From: Candidatus Bathyarchaeum tardum
GTDB lineage: Archaea; Thermoproteota; Bathyarchaeia; Bathyarchaeales; Bathyarchaeaceae
Direction: 5' to 3'
Length of the DNA stretch: 64,000 nucleotides
Assembly: GCA_024650005.2 (NCBI GenBank)
Contig: CP122380.1
Location: forward strand, 960,001-1,024,000
Below are positions 12,265 to 21,357 of the stretch, in pieces. The notes under the pieces are model-generated. The model made no database searches. It saw nothing but the letters and a program-made list of their open reading frames with translations, and was not told the DNA's origin. How positions within the stretch are numbered: position 1 is the first letter of the stretch; the number at the start of each line of letters is the position of its first letter. Position numbers and translations under genes: made by a program.

Positions 12265-12927
12265 ATGTTGCCAAAAGTAGTTTTACATAATTCTGTTAGT
12301 TTGGATGAATCGTTAACTAATTTTCAAGTAAACATGGAACTACATTACCAGATTGCAGGCAATTATAATGCTGACGCTCATCTGATTGGCTCAAAAACAA
12401 TGACCGCTGGTTTTGAATTGTTCAATGAACCCATTCCTGAAGAAAACAAATCAGATTTTGAAAAACCAAATCGCTCTAACAGTCTTCCGTACTGGGTTAC
12501 CGTGGATTCTAAAGGCATTTTGCAAGGGGTACTTCATGCCTGCAGGCGTTTAGAATACAGCAGAGATATCATTGTATTAATCACTGAAGAAACGCCGCAA
12601 GAATACGTTGAATATCTTCAAGAAAGAAACTACCATTTTCATGTTGTAGGAAAAAAACACGTTGACTTAAAATGTGCCCTCGAGCTACTTTCCCAAAAAT
12701 ATGGCGTAAAAACAGTTTTGGCAGACACCGGGCGGGTGCTGGGGAACTTGCTGTTGAATCAAAGTTTAGTCACTGAAATCAGTTTACTAGTGCATCCAGT
12801 TATTGTTGGACCTAGCTGTTACGGGATGTTTTTAGATTCTAAAAACTTGAAACTGAATTTGATTCACAACGAAACTTTTGACAAAAAATATGTTTGGCTA
12901 GTCTACACTGTTGAAAAAGAACAGTAA
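12265..12927 (+). CDS. RibD C-terminal (DHFR-fold) reductase family protein
   Basis: 'PKVVLHNSVSLD', 'DAHLIGSKT', 'VDSKG', 'EISLLVHPVIVG'. Confidence 0.85.
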   Translation: MLPKVVLHNSVSLDESLTNFQVNMELHYQIAGNYNADAHLIGSKTMTAGFELFNEPIPEENKSDFEKPNRSNSLPYWVTVDSKGILQGVLHACRRLEYSRDIIVLITEETPQEYVEYLQERNYHFHVVGKKHVDLKCALELLSQKYGVKTVLADTGRVLGNLLLNQSLVTEISLLVHPVIVGPSCYGMFLDSKNLKLNLIHNETFDKKYVWLVYTVEKEQ

Positions 12928-12934
12928 ATTAAGA

Positions 12935-14695
12935 TTAACCATCAATTTTTTTGTGCTGATTTCGGTACATTTCAACAATTTCTTTTGGGGTTGTTGCGTC
13001 TTCAGCTGCTTTATCTACTCTGTATTTGCCCGTGAATCGTGGAAATCGTATGGCAACTCCACTGCCTTCACGTATGATTCCAATTGCACATGTGTGAACT
13101 GGACTTAACGTTAAATCTGCACCCCTGATTTCAATAACAACTGCTGGTTCAAACCAAACATCAACATCAATTTTTGATTCAACCCGTGGATGTTTATGCT
13201 TGATTTTATGTACATTAAGAAGTTGCGGAAGTTTTTCAAGATCTGCATCAGTTAATCCTGTTCCAACTTTTGTTACCGTTTCAAAAACGTCAGAGTCTGG
13301 GTTATACGCTGCAAGAAGAAAAGTGCCATATGTTCCTGCTCTTTTTCCTCTTCCATGAATTGCTCCTACTATCACAAGGTCTACTGTGTCAGTCATTTCT
13401 GTGCGATAATCTCGCTTGTATTTTATCCACAGCCAGCCTCGGGCACCTGCTTGATACACTGAATCCTCGTTAACGGATTTGCATATTATTCCTTCACTGC
13501 CTTCGGCGACAGTTTTTCCAAAGAACTTTTCTAGCTCTTCTGGGTCTTCGGCAAGGATGCTTTCTGCAACTTTTATGCTGTCAGTCTGTTCAACAATATT
13601 CTTGAGATACTTATGGCGAACTGAATAAGGTTGCTGGGTTAAGTCTTTTCCGTCAACATATAAAACGTCAAACATGAACAAAACGATAGGGTGCTCTTTC
13701 ATTGCCTCTTGGATTCCATATTTTCGCCTGCGATGCATCAGTTCTTGAAAGGGTTTCATTTCTTTCGTATGAGGGTCAATGGCAACAGCTTCAGCTTCTA
13801 CTATTGCCTGCTCGGCTTTAACATGTTCACGAATATACTTAACCCCGTCTGGGTATTGATCAGTAATATTTTCTAGCCTACGAGAAAACAAGATAACTTC
13901 ATCTTTGTTTTTGTGCGCCTGCACCCGTTCTCCGTCATACTTGTATTCAGCAATGCATTTTCCTCCTAGTTTCTCAATAATTTCTTCCGAGGAACCCAAC
14001 CGTTCAGCAAGCATCGGACGAATTGGCTCTCCTGTCATTACTTTGAATTTATTGATTCCTTCCATTCCTTCTTCAGAAACGATTTTTGCGACTCTGCCTA
14101 AATCAGAAGAAATATTGTAAGCCCGCTCCAAAGGTTTACGGGTTTCTTTTCCTCCACCAAAAGCAATTGCTAATGCATCCAATACGGTCATGTCTGCAAT
14201 TCCCAGCCTTAAACTGCCTGTTACTGTTCGGACAATATATTTTGCTTCACTGGGGGATGCGTCAGACAAAAGACCTGCTAAAAGGGCTAACTTCTGGTCG
14301 ACTGAACCTGAACCCCCTGCTTTTGCGATTTTATCTAGGGTATCATAGACCCTTTGAACTGTTAAAGGAGTAGAAAAAAATGTTGACTGGGTTTTCTTTT
14401 CCATAAACTTTTGGGTCGTTTCCCCAAGGTCTCCAATTGTCTGAAGCTCTTTTTCTATTTGAGTGTCCCTATGGCCTGCAGCCTTGGCAACGGCACGAAT
14501 TGCCATTTTTTCAGCAATTCCAATTTCTATACCAACAAAATCAGGATACAGTTTCCCCTGAGTCAAGTATACAACTTTGTCGATAATGTTAGTTGGCGTT
14601 TTTTTCAAGACTTCAACTAGATAATCTGTCATTTCAAGACGTTTTGTTGTTGCCTCAATTTTTTCGTAAGCCTCAGCAATACTAGAATACTTCAA
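12935..14695 (-). CDS. lig: ATP-dependent DNA ligase
   Basis: Motif I EYKYDGERVQ, EGIICK, WIKYKRDY, RFPRF. Confidence 0.98.
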   Translation of the reverse strand: MKYSSIAEAYEKIEATTKRLEMTDYLVEVLKKTPTNIIDKVVYLTQGKLYPDFVGIEIGIAEKMAIRAVAKAAGHRDTQIEKELQTIGDLGETTQKFMEKKTQSTFFSTPLTVQRVYDTLDKIAKAGGSGSVDQKLALLAGLLSDASPSEAKYIVRTVTGSLRLGIADMTVLDALAIAFGGGKETRKPLERAYNISSDLGRVAKIVSEEGMEGINKFKVMTGEPIRPMLAERLGSSEEIIEKLGGKCIAEYKYDGERVQAHKNKDEVILFSRRLENITDQYPDGVKYIREHVKAEQAIVEAEAVAIDPHTKEMKPFQELMHRRRKYGIQEAMKEHPIVLFMFDVLYVDGKDLTQQPYSVRHKYLKNIVEQTDSIKVAESILAEDPEELEKFFGKTVAEGSEGIICKSVNEDSVYQAGARGWLWIKYKRDYRTEMTDTVDLVIVGAIHGRGKRAGTYGTFLLAAYNPDSDVFETVTKVGTGLTDADLEKLPQLLNVHKIKHKHPRVESKIDVDVWFEPAVVIEIRGADLTLSPVHTCAIGIIREGSGVAIRFPRFTGKYRVDKAAEDATTPKEIVEMYRNQHKKIDG

Positions 14696-14770
14696 CTGGA
14701 AACTTCCTCACAACTAGAAGGGTTCACTGTAATATATTAAAAATGTTAAAACAAACTTCTATCTACTAGC

Positions 14771-15091
14771 TTATTTTTTTGCTAATAGTAATAGTCCACA
14801 GAATATGTTTAGTGCGCCGGTTATTCCGAGGACTATCATGAACATTGGGTTTAGGAACATGCTGATGGACATTATAATGCTGTAGGCGGATAAGCAAACG
14901 ATAAAGATTCCTACTGCGAACATGGCTAAGGACAAGATTCTGCCAATCATCTTTACTACTTTGAAGACGTCCAAGGCTTCTGTTCCAGTGGTGTCTTTAA
15001 AGATTGGTGTTTTTTTCGGCAAGTAATCTGGGGCACGAACAGAAATCTCATTGTCTTTTTTGCGTTTTTTCGCCAACTTTTTCACATCCAA
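14771..15091 (-). CDS. Small two-TM membrane protein
   Basis: Basic N-terminus and two hydrophobic helices, downstream of the APC permease. Confidence 0.65.
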   Translation of the reverse strand: MDVKKLAKKRKKDNEISVRAPDYLPKKTPIFKDTTGTEALDVFKVVKMIGRILSLAMFAVGIFIVCLSAYSIIMSISMFLNPMFMIVLGITGALNIFCGLLLLAKK

Positions 15092-15110
15092 TATTATTTT
15101 TCCAAATTTG

Positions 15111-16610
15111 TTAATCAGGCTTATGTGCAGACGCCACGATGTTTAGCATGCCTGCAATTATAGTAATTAATCCTACTAGAATAATTATAGGGAACACCGA
15201 AAGAGGTGCAATACCTGGTGCTACTATCAGCAGAGTAATTCCTACTCCCAAACATATTCCCCCAACGGCAACTCGTAAACGGTCAAAGTCGATTTCCCGT
15301 TTCACCATCCGTAGATAATAAGTAACCAAAACAACTGCTACTATGCCTAAACTGGATAGCAAGGCGCTGAAAGCGTTAACATCTCCTAGAAGTAATGGAA
15401 ACCCAAGCAACAAAATAGACATCACAATTCCCGCCAGAGGCGTCAAAGGATACAAGGGAGCTTTGAAAGGTCTGTCTAATCGTGGCATTTTTCTGCGAAG
15501 TTTAATCAATGACAAGTTAACCAAAGCAAAAACCAGCAAAGAACCAAAACTCGCTGCGTAACCAAGAAACACTGCAGCTCCACTGGTGCCAAAAAATATC
15601 ACGAAAAGTGAACTGACAATTATTGCGATATAACGTGTTCCAAAATGTTTATGAACTTTTTGTAATGTCTGGGGGATGTATCCGTCTCTGCTCATTCCGC
15701 AAAGTAAACCTGATTGAACCGACATTGCAGTTCCCACTGATGAAAGGCTCGCAAAAATACCTGCCAGTGCAAAAAGAATTGCGCCAATAGGACCAAGAAT
15801 AGTTGAAGCAGCAAGGTTTAGCAACGGCGGATCAGTTGCTGTTCTTGGGATATCTGCTGGAACTATTCCCACTGCAACAAATGCAACTGCGAAATAAACT
15901 ACTGTCAATAACACTGTGGTGATGAGCAACGCTCGGGGAACATTTTTTCCTGGATTTTTAATCTCTGGGGCACCTGCTATTAATGCGCGCATTCCAACAA
16001 ACATCGGGAAAAGAAAAGCTGTTGTGGCAAAAAATGTTGCTAGGCTGTCTCCTGAAAAATCTGGAACGATATTTTGTGGGGTTAGTGTGTGTCCGATGCT
16101 TGTGAATAGAAATATTATGAATATTGCCAAAAATCCGCCTACTATGAGGATGTTTGCTTCATCTATTCCTCGAATTGCCAGAATTACAAGTATTGCAACT
16201 ATTACTACAATTAATATCGATGTGTTGACCAAAATTAGGTCCTGAATCGAAGGGGCAAAAACTGAAAACAACACCCCCAGTTGTTGAACAAATACTACTG
16301 TAGCGAGGGCTCCACCAAAAATGCTGGCTAACCATCTCAGGGAACCTGCCATAAATGATATAATTCCTCCAAATGCAACTTTGGTGTATGTATATTCCCC
16401 TCCGACTTCGGGTAAGGCTGCGCTGAGTTCGCTGTAGCTGAGCATGGTTATTAGGTTTATTATGCTGCCGAAGAACAATGCAGATACCATGCTGGGTCCT
16501 GCTAAATCAAAGTATGCATAGTTTAATAATGCAAAAATTTCGAAGCCTATGGCACCGCCTAATCCCATTATTACTGCGCCAAATAGACCATGTTTTTTTT
16601 CGTCAGCCAA
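15111..16610 (-). CDS. APC family amino acid permease
   Basis: 'SYSELSAALPEVGGEY', 'EIKNPGKNVPRA', 'MSRDG', 'RPFKAP'; 12 or more TM helices. Confidence 0.9.
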   Translation of the reverse strand: MADEKKHGLFGAVIMGLGGAIGFEIFALLNYAYFDLAGPSMVSALFFGSIINLITMLSYSELSAALPEVGGEYTYTKVAFGGIISFMAGSLRWLASIFGGALATVVFVQQLGVLFSVFAPSIQDLILVNTSILIVVIVAILVILAIRGIDEANILIVGGFLAIFIIFLFTSIGHTLTPQNIVPDFSGDSLATFFATTAFLFPMFVGMRALIAGAPEIKNPGKNVPRALLITTVLLTVVYFAVAFVAVGIVPADIPRTATDPPLLNLAASTILGPIGAILFALAGIFASLSSVGTAMSVQSGLLCGMSRDGYIPQTLQKVHKHFGTRYIAIIVSSLFVIFFGTSGAAVFLGYAASFGSLLVFALVNLSLIKLRRKMPRLDRPFKAPLYPLTPLAGIVMSILLLGFPLLLGDVNAFSALLSSLGIVAVVLVTYYLRMVKREIDFDRLRVAVGGICLGVGITLLIVAPGIAPLSVFPIIILVGLITIIAGMLNIVASAHKPD

Positions 16611-16631
16611 ATTGTTTTTCTCCTTTGGTTT

Positions 16632-16856
16632 TTATCTCCACCATTCTCGAATCAAAAAGAACCCGTTTATTATTGAAAATAGGCTGAACAGTCCTAGAAT
16701 CAGCAGATATATTGGTAAAAATTCAGTGGGTAAATTGAATAATGTTTGGATTTCAAGAAAGTTAAAAAACAGCATAACCGTTGCCGCTCCTGCTATTATT
16801 CCTATTCCTCCTTGGGCTGCACCAAATATTATTGACAGGATTCTTCTGTTTTCCAT
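16632..16856 (-). CDS. Small two-TM membrane protein
   Basis: Hydrophobic hairpin in an operon upstream of the APC permease. Confidence 0.6.
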   Translation of the reverse strand: MENRRILSIIFGAAQGGIGIIAGAATVMLFFNFLEIQTLFNLPTEFLPIYLLILGLFSLFSIINGFFLIREWWR

Positions 16857-16861
16857 GTTTT

Positions 16862-17086
16862 TTACCTTCGCCAAAGTATTATTCCGGCTATTAGATCAAT
16901 TGCACCTATCATTAACAGTAATCCTAGGACTAGATTCTGAAGGTTTTCTGTTTCAATGATGTTAACGTCAATTAACCCCATGGTGTTGGCGATAAAAACT
17001 CCAGTTATTACAATTCCTACAAAAATCAGAAAACCCCCTAGGGCAACTGCCAGTCTGATATTCCACTTTTTATCGTTTAACACCAT
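16862..17086 (-). CDS. Small two-TM membrane protein
   Basis: Hydrophobic hairpin with a layout similar to its neighbour. Confidence 0.6.
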   Translation of the reverse strand: MVLNDKKWNIRLAVALGGFLIFVGIVITGVFIANTMGLIDVNIIETENLQNLVLGLLLMIGAIDLIAGIILWRR

Positions 17087-17261
17087 TTTTGGAAACCTTT
17101 CAATAGTATATGTTTTGAGTCTTTTATTTTTTTAATATTATTAAGTCTAATCAGAAATCAACGTTTGACTTCATTAATTTTTGCTCAATCTGGGGTTATC
17201 CATGGTTGTTTAAACAAGATTTAAGAACAACTGCCAACGTTGAACATGCTGGAGCGATATT

Positions 17262-18275
17262 ATGCCCTGCACAGTGTTAGTTTGTGGATTTTTCGGAGAC
17301 ACCGGAAAAGGAAAAATGATTTCATATTTAGCAGTAAAAGATAAAACCGCCGTAACAGCACGAGCCGGAGTAGGTCCCAACGCTGGACATACAGTAGTCC
17401 ATAACGGAAAAACCTACAAGCTCAGAATGTTGCCCAGCGCTTTTACAGCTCCTGATTGTCGCCTGCTTATTGGTCCTGGAGTTTTGGTTAACCCAGACAT
17501 TTTCGCAAAAGAAATAGTCGATCTATCTGCACAAGGTCGTGTTGGAATTGACCCCCAATGTGCAATTATTGAACCTAAACACATGGAAGCCGACAAAGTA
17601 GGATTTTTGGCACAAAAAGTCAAATCAACTGGCTCTGGTTCGGGTCCATGCAACTCTGACCGAGTAATGCGAGTTGCAAAACTAGCTAAAGAGTTTCCTG
17701 ACCTTGAAGAATACTTGGTTGATGTTCCCTTAGAAGTAAACACTGCCATCGATGAAGGCAAAAACGTGTTAATCGAAGGCACTCAAGGAACCTATCTGTC
17801 CCTTTTCCATGGAACCTATCCATATTGCACCTCTAAAGACGTATGCGCTGCTGCAGCGTGCTCAGATGTTGGTGTTGGTCCAACAGCTGTAGACGACGTT
17901 ATTGTAGTTTTCAAAGCATATAACACCCGTGTAGGGGCAGGTCCACTTAATGGTGAACTTTCATGGGAAGAAGCCGAACGCAGAGGATGGGCAGAAATTG
18001 CCACTAACACTGGAAGAAAACGACGCGCAGCTCCTTTTGATTTTGATTTAGCAAAACGCGCAGTTATGTTGAATGGAGCAACCCAAGTTACAATTACAAA
18101 AATTGACATTTTGTTCCCAGAATGTGCAGGGGTTACAAAATATGACGAGGTTTCCCGAGATGCAAAAGCTTTTGTTGAAAACATCGAAAAACAACTTAAA
18201 GTTCCCGTTACAATGCTTGGAACTGGTCCCGGAACAATGGAAGTCGTTGACCGAAGAGAAGAACTAAAAAGCTAG
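17262..18275 (+). CDS. purA: Adenylosuccinate synthetase (short archaeal form)
   Basis: GDTGKGK, GPNAGHT, EGTQG, TGRKRR, TKID. Confidence 0.97.
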   Translation: MPCTVLVCGFFGDTGKGKMISYLAVKDKTAVTARAGVGPNAGHTVVHNGKTYKLRMLPSAFTAPDCRLLIGPGVLVNPDIFAKEIVDLSAQGRVGIDPQCAIIEPKHMEADKVGFLAQKVKSTGSGSGPCNSDRVMRVAKLAKEFPDLEEYLVDVPLEVNTAIDEGKNVLIEGTQGTYLSLFHGTYPYCTSKDVCAAAACSDVGVGPTAVDDVIVVFKAYNTRVGAGPLNGELSWEEAERRGWAEIATNTGRKRRAAPFDFDLAKRAVMLNGATQVTITKIDILFPECAGVTKYDEVSRDAKAFVENIEKQLKVPVTMLGTGPGTMEVVDRREELKS

Positions 18276-18311
18276 TTGTGTTTCTTTGGTGTTAATGAGG
18301 TTAAGTTTAAT

Positions 18312-18593
18312 ATGTCCAATACAGTAATTGACGTTTCTGAGATTGCAAATTATGACGATGCTTGTGTAAAAGAGCTTACAGTTTTTCTGAAAGAAAAGGT
18401 GGATGGAACTGTTTCTTCTACCAAAAAAGAGGTAACAGTCACTTTTGAAGACGGAAAAGAAGCTTCAAGGTCATGCATGCGGCTTCTTCTGAAAAAGTTC
18501 TTGCATAATGCAGCTTTACAGGACGACTTTAGGGTCATTTCTGGTGACGAAAACGGCTGGGTGCTCAAAGAAAAAAAGGTATACGTTGAGTAA
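18312..18593 (+). CDS. rpl22e: Ribosomal protein eL22 (L22e)-like
   Basis: N-terminal 'IDVS...FLKEK' and C-terminal 'SRSCMRLLLKKFLHNAALQDDFRVIS...W.L' parallel the eL22 pattern 'SKRYLKYLTKKYLKKxxLRDWLRVVA...YEL'. Confidence 0.7.
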   Translation: MSNTVIDVSEIANYDDACVKELTVFLKEKVDGTVSSTKKEVTVTFEDGKEASRSCMRLLLKKFLHNAALQDDFRVISGDENGWVLKEKKVYVE

Positions 18594-18692
18594 CCCTCTT
18601 TAGTTTCAATCTTGATTTTTTCTTCATAACTCTTATCCGTAATTCTGGTCCATTGTTTCTTGTTAGCGAGTTTACATCAGGATGTGACTAGC

Positions 18693-18857
18693 TTGAAAAA
18701 GAAACAAAGAAATGCAGTTAATCAACGATGCAAAGCATGCAAAGAAGCTATTGTTGTTTCTAAAATTTATTGTAGGCGACTTGGAGAATACGTAGAGGAT
18801 CTAGTATACTGTCCATACTTCAAACAACGACCCCCTGTTGAACTCCATGCAGTATAG
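18693..18857 (+). CDS. Small Cys-rich protein (CxxC...C...CPYF)
   Basis: TTG start after GGATGTGA; four Cys. Confidence 0.55.
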   Translation: MKKKQRNAVNQRCKACKEAIVVSKIYCRRLGEYVEDLVYCPYFKQRPPVELHAV

Positions 18858-18981
18858 TAAGTAAAAAAGAAGAGTTGCCCATTCATTTTTGTTTCCTCAA
18901 CACTTAATTGAGTGAAAAAAATTACACTCAGTTATATGTGCTTTAATATGGACAATCTGTTTGCTTAATTGAGGTAGCAAA

Positions 18982-19635
18982 ATGACGGTCTTGTTTGATT
19001 TGGGTTTTCGTGACGGAATAATCGCAGAAACAATAGTATCTACTTACGATTCAGACGGAAAACCAAACGCTGCCCCCATGGGTATTGTGATTCAGAACAC
19101 TACCCATTTGTTCATTCGTCCTTACGTTTCGTCCTTAACTTACAAAAATCTTCAAATCACAAAAAATGCTGTGGTAAACTTAACCGTTAACCCCCGCCTG
19201 TTTTACATAACTGCATTCAAAGAAACAAACCCAAACGGGAAACTACCTCCGGAACTTTTCCAAAAAGCAAAAACCGTTTCCGCCCCGCGATTAAAAATGG
19301 CAGACGCGTTTGTTGAAGTTTCAGTAGAAAAAACAGGTTCGTTTGGGTCTGACCGAGCAGAGTTTCTATGTAACGTCAAACATGTTGAAACAATAAACGC
19401 ACCACCCTATGCTTATTGCCGAGCCAAATTCGCAACAATTGAAGCTGTAGTTCATGCGACTCGAATTGAACTTTTCCTGAAAGGAAATAAACAACAACAA
19501 AAACAAGCCCTTCGATTGTTGGAGCTAGTTAACATCTGCACAGATGTTGTAAACAGAACCGCTCCAACCTCAGTTTACTCTGACATTATGGCAGACCTAA
19601 CTCAAAGAATCGATTCTTGGAGGAACCAAAAATGA
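18982..19635 (+). CDS. DUF447 family protein (methanopterin-associated)
   Basis: 'ETIVST...PNAAPMG', 'TYKNL', 'IEAVVHATR'; operon context. Confidence 0.85.
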   Translation: MTVLFDLGFRDGIIAETIVSTYDSDGKPNAAPMGIVIQNTTHLFIRPYVSSLTYKNLQITKNAVVNLTVNPRLFYITAFKETNPNGKLPPELFQKAKTVSAPRLKMADAFVEVSVEKTGSFGSDRAEFLCNVKHVETINAPPYAYCRAKFATIEAVVHATRIELFLKGNKQQQKQALRLLELVNICTDVVNRTAPTSVYSDIMADLTQRIDSWRNQK

Positions 19636-20597
19636 AAGTTTACGTAAAAACCCCTGCTAGGCTCCATTTTGGTTTGATAGACCTGAACGGGGACGTAGGC
19701 AGATTCTTTGGAGGCATCGGTGTAAGTGTGGATACTCCTAAAGTTGTTCTTGAAGCCGAAAAATCTGAAACTTTTTCAGTTACTGGCGAAAACTCTGAAC
19801 GGGCAGCTTCCTTTGCTAAAAAATTCCTTGAAACTTATAAAATAGCCTCTAACGTCAATATACATGTCAAACAAACAATTCCTGAACATACTGGACTGGG
19901 TTCGGGAACCCAATTAGCTTTAGCAGTGGCGTCTGCTCTTTCCAAACTGTTTAATGTTGATGCTTCAATCCAAGACCTTTCGTCTGTAATGGGAAGAATG
20001 AAACGAACCGGAGTAGGCACTGCAGTTTTTGAACAAGGGGGCTTTGTTGTTGACGGGGGAAAACAAACAAAAAATGGCAAAGTTATTGCTGAAAGTTTGC
20101 CTCCTTTAATTGTTCGTGAACCTTTTCCTGAAGACTGGAAATTTGTTGTTGCAGTTCCTAACATAAAAAAAGGTCTAGCAAAAACTGAAGAAAAAAACGC
20201 TTTTGCTAATGTTAAGCCAATGCCCGATGAGATTGTAGGTCAAGTTTGCAGGCTAATGGTGATGAAGCTTTTGCCTGCCCTTGTGGATCGTGACATCAAA
20301 GCTTTCGGTGAAGCTTTAACTAAAATTCAGGTAGTGGTCGGAGACTGTTTTGCTGACGTTCAAGGAGGAACCTTTTCCAGCCCAGAAGCAGCTATAACAA
20401 TCAATTTTATGAAAACGTGGGGGGCTTACGGTGTGGGCCAGAGTTCTTGGGGTCCAGCAGTATACGGTTTAGTCAAAGGAAAAACACAAGCAAAACAGTT
20501 ACACTGCGCAGTTCAAGATTTTTTAAGAAATAATGGCGGTGGACAAGTTTTCGTCGCTAACCCAAATAACAGAGGAGCTACAATTAAACTGATTTAA
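19632..20597 (+). CDS. mptG: Beta-ribofuranosylaminobenzene 5'-phosphate (RFAP) synthase, GHMP family
   Basis: PARLHFGLIDL, HTGLGSGTQLALA, GGFVVDGG, GQSSWGP. Confidence 0.9.
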   Translation: MKVYVKTPARLHFGLIDLNGDVGRFFGGIGVSVDTPKVVLEAEKSETFSVTGENSERAASFAKKFLETYKIASNVNIHVKQTIPEHTGLGSGTQLALAVASALSKLFNVDASIQDLSSVMGRMKRTGVGTAVFEQGGFVVDGGKQTKNGKVIAESLPPLIVREPFPEDWKFVVAVPNIKKGLAKTEEKNAFANVKPMPDEIVGQVCRLMVMKLLPALVDRDIKAFGEALTKIQVVVGDCFADVQGGTFSSPEAAITINFMKTWGAYGVGQSSWGPAVYGLVKGKTQAKQLHCAVQDFLRNNGGGQVFVANPNNRGATIKLI

Positions 20598-20622
20598 AAC
20601 TTGGTTAATGGAGCTGATTTGA

Positions 20623-21357
20623 ATGGTTTGTCATGTTGCTTGGGCGATAACTGGTGCAGGGCATTTCTTAAATGAATCCTTTGACGTTATCAGCAAATTA
20701 TTGGACAGAAAAAAAATTACTGTTACAACTTTTTTGTCTGCTGCTGGAAGCCAAGTAATAAACATGTATGGCCTTCAAGACAAACTTGACCAACTATCTC
20801 CTGGTGGTTACCTGCAAGAAATAATTTCAGAATCTAGCAAAGACCCTGGTTTTTCCCATTCTGGACGATTCATTTTAGGCGAATATGATATGCTAGTTGT
20901 TTCTCCAGCGACAGGAAACACTATTGCAAAAATTGTATACGGCATCGCAGATAGTCTTGTAACCAATCTTGTTGCCCAAGCCCAAAAAGCAAAGGTTCCA
21001 GTTTATGTGGTACCAACTGACCAAAAAGAAGGATATGTAAAAACTACTCTACCTTATCGTATTGACAAACAAAGCTGCAAACAGTGCACTCCCTGTTCAG
21101 TTGTGGATGTTTGTTCGTACTCGGCCATAAAAATCTCCGATGGCACTCCAAAAATTAGCTCTGTTTTATGTCAGGGCTGTAGTTTGTGTCTGGACGCTTG
21201 CCCGTATGATGCTGTGAAATTTGGAGAAAAAAAGAAACTTTGGATTAGGACAGTTGATGCCCAAAATTTTGAAAAACTTCAGTTGATGAATAACTTGACC
21301 GTTTTAGAAAATCCACAACAACTGGAAACAGTTATCGAAAAACTACAAAAAACTTAG
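20623..21357 (+). CDS. dmrX: Dihydromethanopterin reductase (archaeoflavoprotein with 2x4Fe-4S domain)
   Basis: AWAITGAGH, PATGNTIAKIVYGIADSLVTN, two ferredoxin Cys motifs. Confidence 0.85.
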   Translation: MVCHVAWAITGAGHFLNESFDVISKLLDRKKITVTTFLSAAGSQVINMYGLQDKLDQLSPGGYLQEIISESSKDPGFSHSGRFILGEYDMLVVSPATGNTIAKIVYGIADSLVTNLVAQAQKAKVPVYVVPTDQKEGYVKTTLPYRIDKQSCKQCTPCSVVDVCSYSAIKISDGTPKISSVLCQGCSLCLDACPYDAVKFGEKKKLWIRTVDAQNFEKLQLMNNLTVLENPQQLETVIEKLQKT

